Assembly (NCBI GenBank): GCA_038087875.1 | Contig: JAXLNO010000203.1 | Coordinates: 62,001 to 100,278, forward strand | Direction of reading: 5' to 3' | Length of the DNA: 38,278 bases | Origin: Malacoraja senta | Taxonomy: Eukaryota | In this document: piece after piece, positions 26,701 to 36,870 of the stretch | Layout: each line of letters starts with the position of its first letter | Numbering within the stretch: position 1 is the stretch's first letter | The notes under the pieces: model-generated | Seen by the model: the letters and a program-made list of their open reading frames with translations, nothing else | What the model was told of the DNA's origin: nothing | Database searches by the model: none | Program-made: the position numbers and the translations under genes

Positions 26701-28409
26701 GCAAGGTCGCCATAAATCCGGCAAAGTCTCCACAAATGCGGCAAGTTCGCCATAAATCCGGCAAGGTGGCCATATTTCAGGCAAGGTCGACATAAATCCG
26801 GCGAGGTCGCCATATTTCCGGCGAGTTCGCCATAAATCCGGCAAGGTCGCCATAATTCCGGCGAGGTCGCCATATTTCCGGTAAAGTCGCCGTAAATACG
26901 GCAAGGTCGCCATATATCTGCAAAGTCGCCATAACTCCGGCACGGTCGCCGTATTTCCAGCACGGTCGCCATAAATCCGGCTACGACGCCATAAATACGG
27001 CAAGGTCGCCATATTTCCGGCAAGGTTGCCACAAATCCGACAAGGTGGCCATATTTACGTCAAGGTCGCCATAAATTCGGCAAGGTAGCCACAAATCCGG
27101 CAAGGTCGCCACAATCCGGCAAGGTCGCCACATTTCCGGCAAGGTCGCCATAAATCCGGCAAGGTCGCCACATATCCCACAAGGTCGCCATAAATCCGGC
27201 ACGGTCACCATCAATCCGCCAGAGTCGCCACAAATCCGGCAAGGTCTCCATAATCCCGGCAAGGTCGCCATAAATCCGGCAAGGACGCCACAAATCCGGC
27301 AAGGTCGCCATATTTCCGGCAGGTTCGGCGTAATTCCGGCAAGGTCGCCACAAATCCGGCAAGGTCGCCATATTTCCGGCATGGGCGCCATAAATCCGGC
27401 AAGGTGGCAACAAATCAGGGAAGGTCGCCACATTTCAGGCAAGGTCGCCATAAATCCGACAAGGTCGCCACAAACCCGGCAGGGCCGCCACATTCCCGGC
27501 AGGGTCGCCATCAATCCTGCAAGGTCGCCACAAATCCGGCAAGGTCGCCACATTTCCGGCAAGGTCGCCATAAATCCGGCAAGGTCGCCAAAAATCTGGC
27601 AAGGTCGCCACATTTCCGGCAATGTCGCCATATTTCCGGCAAGGTCACCATAAATCCGGCAAGGTCGCCACAAATGCGGCAAGGTCGCCATAAATCCGGC
27701 AAGGTCGCCATATTTCCGGCAAGGTCGCCATAAATCCGGCGAGGTCGCCATATTTCCGGCGAAGTCGCCATAAATCGGGCAAGGTCGCCATAATTCCGGC
27801 GATGTCGCCATAGTTCCGGCAAGTTTGCCATAAATCTGCAAAGTCGCCATAACTCCGACAAGGTCGTCGTATTTCCGGCACGGTCGACACAAATCCGGCA
27901 AGTTCGCAACATTTCGGCAAGGTCGCCAGAAATCCAGCATCGTCGCCAGAAATCCGGCAAGGACGCCACATTTCCAGCAAGGTCGCCATGAATCCGGCAA
28001 GGTCGCCACATTTCCGGCAAGGTCGCCATAAATCCGACAAGGTCGCCACAAATCCCACAAAGTCGCCATAAATCCGGCAAGGTCGCCACAATTCCGGCAA
28101 GGTCGCTATAATTCCGGCAATGTCGCCATAAATCCGGCAAGGTCGCCACAAATCCGCCATGGTCGCCACATTTCCGGCAAGGTCGCCATAAATCCGGCAA
28201 GGTCGCCACAAATCCGGCAAGGTCACCACATTTCCGGCAAGGTCGCCTTATTTCCCGCAAGGTCACCATAAATCCGGCAAGGTCGCCACAAATGCGGCAA
28301 GGTCGCCATATTTCCGGCAAATTCGCCATTAATCCGGCAAGGTCACCACAAATCCGGCAAGGTCGCCACAAATCCGGCAAGGTTGCCACATTTCCGGCTA
28401 GGTCGCCAT
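23761..28409. repeat. Overlapping triplicated block: 23761-25119 vs 25315-26674 (offset 1554/1555) and ~25090-26316 vs ~27143-28409 (offset 2053/2093)
   Basis: ORF triplets 23774..24046, 25328..25600 and 27381..27653. Markers catgggcgcc, gtggcaacaaatcaggg, ccgccatggtc and gccttatttcccgc occur in all three copies. Confidence 0.88.
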
Positions 28410-30280
28410 AAATCCGGCAAGGTCGCCACAAATCCGGCAAGGTCGTAATATTTCCGGCAAGGTCGCCATAAATCCGGCAAGGTCGCCCCTAATCCGGCAA
28501 GGTCGCCATATTGCCGGCAAGGTCGCCATAAATCCGGCAAGGGCGCCACATTTCCGGCAAAGTCGCCATGAATCCGGCAAGTTCGCCACAAACTAGGCAA
28601 GGTCGCCACATTTCCGGCGAGGTCGCCATATATCCGGCAAAGTCGCCAAAAATCCGGCAAGATCGCAACATTTCCGTCGAGGTCTCCATAAATCCGTCAA
28701 GGTCGCCACATATCCGGGAAGATCGCCACATTCCCGGCGAGGTCGCCAACAATCCGGCAAGGTGGCCACAAATCAGGGAAGGTCGCCACATTTCCGGCAA
28801 GGTCGCCATAAATCCGGCAAGTCGCCACAAATCCAGCGGGGTCGCCACATATGCGGCAAGGTCGCCACATTTCCGGCAAGGTCGCCACATTTCCGGCAAG
28901 GTCGCCATTAATCCGGGAATTTCGCCATAAATCCGGCAAGGTCGCCACATTCCCTGCAAGGTCGCCATAAATCCGGCAAGGTCGCCACAAAACCGGCAAG
29001 GTCGCCACATTTCCGGCAAGGTCGCCATAAATCCGGCAAAGTCTCCACAAATGCGGCAAGTTCGCCATAAATCCGTCAAGGTGGCCATATTTCAGGCGAG
29101 GTCGACATAAATCTGGCGAGGTCGCCATATTTCCGGCGAGTTCGCCATAAATCCGGCAAGGTCGCCATAATTCCGGCGAGGTCGCCATATTTCCGGTAAA
29201 GTCGCCGTAAATACGGCAAGGTCGCCATAAATCTGCAAAGTCGCCATAACTCCGGCACGGTCGCCGTATTTCCAGCACGGTCGCCATAAATCCGGCTACG
29301 ACGCCATAAATACGGCAAGGTCGCCATATTTCCGGCAAGGTTGCCACAAATCCGTCAAGGTGGCCACAAACCGGCAGGGTCCCCACATTCCCGGCAAGGT
29401 CGCCAATAATCCTGCAAGGTCGCCACAAATCCGGCAAGGTCGCCACATTTCCGGCAAGGTCGCCATAAATCCGGCAAGATCGCCACAAATCCGGCAAGGT
29501 GGCCACATTTCCGGCAATGTCGCCATATTTCCGGCAAGGTCACCATATCCAGCAAGGTCGCCACAAATGCGGCAAGGTCGCCATAAATCCGGCAAGGTCG
29601 CCATATTTCCGGCAAGGTCGCCATAAATCCGGCGAGGTCGCCATATTTCCGGCGAAGTGACCATAAATCGGGCAAGGTCGCCATAATTCCGGCGGTCGCC
29701 ATAAATCCGGCTAGGACGCCATAAATCCGGCAAGTTTGCTATATTTCCGGCAAGGTCGCGTCAAATCCGGCAAGGTCGCCACATTTACGGCAAGGTCGCC
29801 AAAGATCCGGCAAGGTCGCCACAAATCCGGCAAGTTAGCAACATTTCGGCAAGGTCGCCAGAAATCCAGCATCGTCGCCAGAAATCCGGCAAGGACGCCA
29901 CATTTCCGGCAAGGTCGCCATGAATCCGGCAAGGTCGCCACATTTCCGGCAAGGTCGCCATAAATCCGGCAAGGTCGCCACAAATCCCACAAAGTCGCCA
30001 TAAATCCGGCAAGGTCGCCACAATTCCGGCAAGGTCTCCACAATTCCGGCAATGTCGCCATAAATCCGGCAAGGTCGACACAAATCCGGTCAGGTCGCCA
30101 CATCCCCGGCAAGGTCGCCACAAATCCGTCAAGGTCGCCACATTTCAGGCAAGGTCGCCACAAATCGGGCAAGGTCGCCACAAATCCGGCAAGGTCGCCA
30201 CATTTCCGGCAAGGTCGCCATTAATCCGGGAATTTCGCCATAAATCCGGCAAGGTCGCCATATTCCCGGCAAGGTCGCCA

Positions 30281-31250
30281 TAAATCCGGCAAGGTCGCCG
30301 CAAATCCGGCAAGGTCGCCACATTTCCGGCAAGGTCGCCTTAAACCCGGCAAGGTCGCCACAAATCCAGCAAGGTCGCCACAAATGCGGCAAGGTCGCCA
30401 CATTTCCGGCAATGTCGCCATAAATCCGGCAAGTTCGCCACAAATCCGACAAGGTCGCCATAAATCCGGCAAGGTCGCCATATTTCCGGCAAGATCGCCA
30501 TAAATCCGGCAAGGTCGCCACAAATCCGCCAAGGTCGCCACATTTCCGGCAAGGTCGCCATAAATCCGCAAGGTCGCCACAAATCCGGCAAGGTCACCAC
30601 ATTTCCGGCAAGGTCGCCATATTTCCCGCAAGGTCACCATATATCCGGCAAGGTCGCCACAAATGCGGCAAGGTCGCCATATTTCCGGCAAGGTCGCCAT
30701 TAATCCGGCAAGGTCGCCACAAATCCGGCAAGGTCGCCACAAATCCGGCAAGGTTGCCATATTTTCGGCTAGGTCACCATATATCCGGCAAGGTCGCCAC
30801 AAATGCGGCAAGGTCGCCATATTTCCGGCAAGGTCGCCATAAATCCGGCAAGGTCGCCGCAAATCCGGCAAGGTCGCCACATTTCCGGCAAGGTCGCCAT
30901 AAATCCGGCAAGGTCGCCACAAATCCAGCAAGGTCGCCACAAATGCGGCAAGGTCGCCACATTTCCGGCAATGTCGCCATAAATCCGGCAAGTTCGCCAC
31001 AAATCCGACAAGGTCGCCATAAATCCGGCAAGGTCGCCACATTTCCGGCAAGATCGCCATAAATCCGGCAAGGTCGCCACAAATCCGCCAAGGTCGCCAC
31101 ATTTCCGGCAAGGTCGCCATAAATCCGGCAAGGTCGCCACAAATCCGGCAAGGTCACCACATTTCCGGCAAGGTCGCCATATTTCCCGCAAGGTCACCAT
31201 ATATCCGGCAAGGTCGCCACAAATGCGGCAAGGTCGCCATATTTCCGGCA
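30281..31250. repeat. Local duplication ~30281-30690 vs ~30840-31250 (offset 559/560)
   Basis: The same ordered variants appear twice (ccgc, ccagc, atgcgg, aatgtc, aagttc, ccgac, aagatc, ccgcc, tttcccgcaaggtcaccatatat), with a few substitutions. Confidence 0.75.
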
Positions 31251-31960
31251 AGATCGCCACATTCCCGGCGAGGTCGCCAACAATCCGGCAAGGTCGCCAC
31301 AAATCCGTCAAGGTCGCAATAAATCCGGCGAGGTCGCCATATATCCGGCAAGGTCGCCACATATCCCGCAAGGTCGCCATAAATCCGGCGAGGTCGCCAT
31401 AACTCCGGCAAGGTCGCCATACTTCCGGCACGGTCGCCATAAATCCGGCAAGGTCGCCACAAATGCGGCAAGGTCGCCATATTTCCGGCACGGTCGCCAT
31501 AAATCCACCAGAGTCGCCACAAATCCGGCAAGGTCTCCATAATCCCGACAAGGTCGCCATAAATCCGGCAAGGACGCCACAAATCCGGCAAGGTCGCCAT
31601 ATTTCCGGCAGGTTCGCCGTAATTCCGGCTAGGTCGCCACAAATCCGGCAAGGTCACCATATTTCCGGCATGGTCGCCATAAATCCGGCAAGGTGGCCTC
31701 AAATTAGGGAAGGTCGCCACATTTCAGGCAAGGTCGCCATAAATCCGCAAGGTCGCCATATTGCCGGCAAGGTCGCCATAAATCCGGCAAGGTCTCCACA
31801 TTTCCGGCAAGGTCGCCATGAATCCGGCAAGTTCGCCACAAATTAGGCAAGGTCGCCACATTTCCGGCGAGGTCGCCATATGTCCGGCAAAGTCGCCAAA
31901 AACCGGCAAGATCGCAATATTTCCGTCGAGGTCGCCATAAATCCGTCAAGGTCGCCACAT

Positions 31961-33246
31961 ATCCGGCAAGATCGCCACATTCCCGGCGAGGTCGCCAACA
32001 ATCCGGCAAGGTCGCCACAAATCCGGCAAGGTCGCAATAAATCCGGCGAGGTCGCCATAAATCCGGCAAGGTCGCCACATATCCCGCAAGGTCGCCATAA
32101 ATCCGGCGAGGTCGCCATTTTTCCGGCAAGGTCGCCACAAATCCTGGAAGGTCGCCATAAACCGGCAAGGTCGCCATATTTCCGGCACGGATGCCATATT
32201 TCCGGCAAGGTCGCCATAACTCCGGCAAGGTCGCCATACTTCCGGCACGGTCTCCATAAATCCGGCAAGGTCGCCACAAATGCGGCAAGGTCGCCATATT
32301 TCCGGCGTGTTCCTCATAAATCCGGCAAGGTCGCCATAATTCCGGCGAGGTCGCCATACTTCCGGTAAAGTCGCCGGAAATACGGCAAGGTCGCCATAAA
32401 TCTGCAAAGTCGCCATAACTCCGGCACGGTCGCCGTATTTCCGGCACGGTCGCCGTATTTCCGGCATGGTCGCCATAAATCCGGCTAGGACGCCATAAAT
32501 ACGGCAAGGTCGCCATATTTCCGGCAAGGTTGCTACAAATCCGACAAGGTCGCCATATTTACGTCAAGGTCGCCATAAATTCGGCAAGGTAGCCACAAAT
32601 CCGGCAAGATCGCCACATTCCCGGCGAGGTCGCCAACAATCCGGCAAGGTCGCCACAAATCCTGCAAGGTCGCAATAAATCCGGCGAGGTCGCCATAAAT
32701 CCGGCAAGGTCGCCACATATCCCGCAAGGTCGCCATAAATCCGGCGAGGTCGCCATTTTTCCGGCAAGGTCGCCACAAATCCTGGAAGGTCGCCATAAAC
32801 CGGCAAGGTCGCCATATTTCCGGCACGGATGCCATATTTCCGGCAAGGTCGCCATAACTCCGGCAAGGTCGCCATACTTCCGGCACGGACGCCATAAATC
32901 CGGCAAGGTCGCCACAAATGCGGCAAGGTCGCCATATTTCCGGCGTGTTCGCCATAAATCCGGCAAGGTCGCCATAATTCCGGCGAGGTCGCCATACTTC
33001 CGGTAAAGTCGCCGGAAATACGGCAAGGTCGCCATAAATCTGCAAAGTCGCCATAACTCCGGCACGGTCGCCGTATTTCCGGCACGGTCGCCGTATTTCC
33101 GGCACGGTCGCCATAAATCCGGCTAGGACGCCATAAATACGGCAAGGTCGCCATATTTCCGGCAAGGTTGCTACAAATCCGACAAGGTCGCCATATTTAC
33201 GTCAAGGTCGCCATAAATTCGGCAAGGTAGCCACAAATCCGGCAAG
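31961..33246. repeat. Tandem duplication with 638-bp period (31961-32608 vs 32599-33246)
   Basis: Private variants ccatttttccgg, cctggaagg, cacggatgcc, ggcgtgttc and gccggaaatacgg occur in both copies. 638 = 32 monomers with two 19-mers. Confidence 0.9.
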
Positions 33247-34150
33247 GTCGCCACAAGTCCGGCAAGGTCGCCACATATCCGGCAAGGTCGCCATAAATCC
33301 GGCATGGCCGCCACAAATACGACAAGGTCGCCATATTTCCGGCACGGTCGCCATAAATCCGCCAGAGTCGCCACAAATCCGGCAAGGTCTCCATAATCCC
33401 GGCAAGGTCGCCATAAATCCGGCAAGGACGCCACAAATCCGGCAAGGTCGCCATATTTCCGGCAGGTTCGGCGTAATTCCGGCAAGGTCGCCACAAATCC
33501 GGCAAGGTCGCCACAAATACGCAAGGTCGCCACATTTCCGGCAAGGTCGCCATAAATCCGGCAAGGTCGCCACAAATCCAGCGGGGTCGCCACAAATGCG
33601 GCAAGGTCGCCACATTTCCGGCAAGGTCGTCACATTCCCGGCAAGGTCGCCATAAATCCGGCAAGGTCTCCACAAATGAGGCAAGGTCGCCATAAATCCG
33701 GTAAGGTGGTCATATTTCCGGCAAGATCGCCATAAATCCGGCGAGGTTGCCATATTTCCGGCGAGTTCGCCATAAATCCGGCAAGGTCGCCATAATTCCG
33801 GCGAGGTCGCCATATTTCCGGTAAAGTCGCCATAAATCCGGCAAGGTCGCCATAAATCTGTAAAGTCGCCATAACTCCGGCACGGTCGCCGTATTTCCGG
33901 CACGGTCGCCATAAATCCGGCTAGGACGCCATAAATACGGCAAGGTCGCCATATTTCCGGCAAGGTTGCCACAAATCCGGCAAGGTCGCCATATTTACGT
34001 CAAGGTCGCCATAAATTCGGCAAGGTCGCCACATATCCCACAAGGTCGCCATAAATCCGGCAAGGTCGCCACAAATCCGGCAAGGTCGCCACATTTGCGG
34101 CAAGGTCGCCATAAATCCGGCATGGCCGCCACAAATACGACAAGGCCGCC

Positions 34151-35520
34151 ACAATTCCGGCAAGGTCGCCATAAATCCGGCAAGGTCACCACAAATCCGG
34201 TAAGGTCGCCACATCCCCGTCAAGGTCGCCATAAATCCGGCAAGGTCGCCACAAATCCGTCAAGGTCGCCACATTTCAGGCAAGGTCGCCATAAATCCGG
34301 CAAGGTCGCCGCAAATCCGGCAAGGTCGCCACATTTCCGGCAAGGTCGCCACAAATCATGCAAGGTCGCCACAAATCCAGCAAGGTCGCCACAAATGCGG
34401 CAAGTCGCCACATTTCCGGCAAGCTCGCGATAAATTCGGCGTTCGCCGCAAATCCGACAAGGTCTTCATAAATCCGGCAAGGTCGCCACATTTCCGGCAA
34501 GATCGCCATAAATCCGGCAATGTCGCCACATTTCCCGCAAGGTCAACATAAATCCGGCAAGGTCGCCATAAATCCGGCAAGGTCGTCACATTTCCGGCAA
34601 GGTCGCCATAAATCCGGCAAGGTCGCCACAAATCCAGCAAGGTCGCCACAAATGCGGCAAGGTCGTCACATTTCCGGCAAGGTCGCCATAAGTTCGGCGT
34701 TCGCCGCAAATCAGCCAAGGTCGTCATAAATCCGGCAAGGTCGCCACATTTCCGGCAAGATCGCCATAAATCCGGCAAGGTCGCCACAATTCCGGCAAGG
34801 TCGCCATAAATCCGGCAAGGTCGCCACAAATCCGGTAAGGTCGCCACATCCCCGTCAAGGTCGCCATAAATCCGGCAAGGTCGCCACAAATCCGTCAAGG
34901 TCGCCACATTTCAGGCAAGGTCGCAATAAATCCGGCAAGGTCGCCGCAAATCCGGCAAGGTCGCCACATTTCCGGCAAGGTCGCCATAAATCCGGCAAGG
35001 TCGCCACAAATCCAGCAAGGTCGCCACAAATGCGGCAAGGTCGCCACATTTCCGGCAAGGTCGCCATTAATTCGGCGTTCGCCGCAAATCCGACAAGGTC
35101 GTCATAAATCCGGCAAGGTCGCCACATTTCCGGCAAGATCGCCATAAATCCGGCAAGGTCGCCACAAATCCGGCAAGGTCGCCACATTTCCGGCAAGGTC
35201 GCCATAAATCCGGCAAGGTCGCCATAAATCCGGCAAGGTCGTCACATTCCCGGCAAGGTCGCCATAAATCCGGCCAGGTCGCCACAAATCCGGCAAGGTC
35301 GTCACATTTCCGGCAAGGTCGACATAAATCCGGCAAGGCCGCCACAAATCCAGCAAGGTCGCCACAAATGCGGCAAGGTCACTACATTTCCGGCAAGGTC
35401 GCCATAAATTCGGCGTTCGCCGCAAATCCGACAAGGTCGTCATAAATCCGGCAAGGTCGCCACATTTCCGGCAAGATTGCCATAAATCCGGCAAGGTCGC
35501 CACAAATCCGGCAAGGTCGC
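34151..35520. repeat. Sub-domain with a private 18-nt monomer (ataaattcggcgttcgcc) and an internal duplication at offset ~635
   Basis: ttcggcgttcgccgc occurs near 34435, 34693, 35071 and 35409 and I did not see it elsewhere. acatccccgtcaagg occurs at 34211 and 34846. Confidence 0.8.
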
Positions 35521-36870
35521 CACATTTCCGGCTAGGTCGACATTAATCCGGGAATTTCGCCATAAATCCGGCAAGGTCGCCACATTCCCGGCAAGGTCGC
35601 CATAAATCCGGCAAGGTCGCCACAAATCCGGCAAGGTCGCCACATTTCCGGCAAGGTCGCCATAAATTCGGCAAGGTCGCCACAAATCCGGTAAGGTCGC
35701 CATATTTCCGGCGAGGTCGCCATAAATCCGGCAACGCCGCCACAAATCCGGCAAAGTCGCCGCAAATCCGGCAAGGTCGCCATAAATACGGCGAGGTCGC
35801 CGTAAATCCGGCAAGGTGGCCTCAAATCCGGCAAGGTCGCCACATTTCCGGCAAGGTCGCCATATTTCCGGCAAGGTCGTCATAAATCCGGCAAGGTCGC
35901 CACAAATGCGGCAAGGTCGACACATTTCCGGCAAGGTCGCCATAAATCCGGAAATGTCGTCCTATTTCCGGCAAGGTGGCCATAAATCCGGCAAGGTCGC
36001 CACAAATCCGGCAAGGACGCCAAATTTCCGGCATGGTCGCCATAAATACGGTAAGGTGGCCACAAATCAGGGAAGGTCGCCATATTTCCGGCAATGTCGC
36101 CATAAATCCGGCAAGGTGGCTTCAAATCCGGCAAGGTCGCCACAAATCCGGCAAGGTCGACAGAAGTTCAGCAAGGTCGCCATATTTCCGGCAAGGTCGC
36201 CATAAATCCGGCGAGGTCGCCATATTTCCGGCAAGGTCGCCACATTTCAGACGGTTGCCATAAATCCGGCAGGGTCGCCATAAATCCGGCTAGGTCGCCA
36301 CATTTCCGGCGAGGTCGCAATAAATCCGGCAAGGTCACCACAAATCCGGTAAATTCGCCACATTTCAGGCGAGGTCGCCATAAATCCGGCAAGGTCACCA
36401 CAAATCCGGCAAGGTCGCCATATTTCCGGCGAGGTCGCCATAAATCCGGCAACGTCGCCACAAATCCGGCAAGGTCGCAATAAATCCGGCAAGGACGCCA
36501 TATTTATGGCAAGGTCGCCATAAATCCGGCAAGGTCGCCACAAATCCGGCAAGGACGACACATTTTCGGCATGGTCGCCATAAATCCGGCAAGGTGGCCA
36601 CAAATCAGGGAAGGTCGCCATATTTCCGGCAATGTCGCCATGAACCCGGCAAGGTGGCCTCAAATCCGGCAAGGTCACCACACTTCCGACGAGGTCGCCA
36701 TAAATCCGGCAAGGTCGCTATAAATCCGGCAAGGTCGCCACAAATGCGGCAAGGTCGCCATGTTTCCGGCAAGATCGCCATGTATCCGGCAAGGTCGTAT
36801 TAAATCCGGCGAGGTCGCCATATTTCCGGCAAGGTCGCCACAAATCCGGCAAGGTCGCCATAAATCCGGC

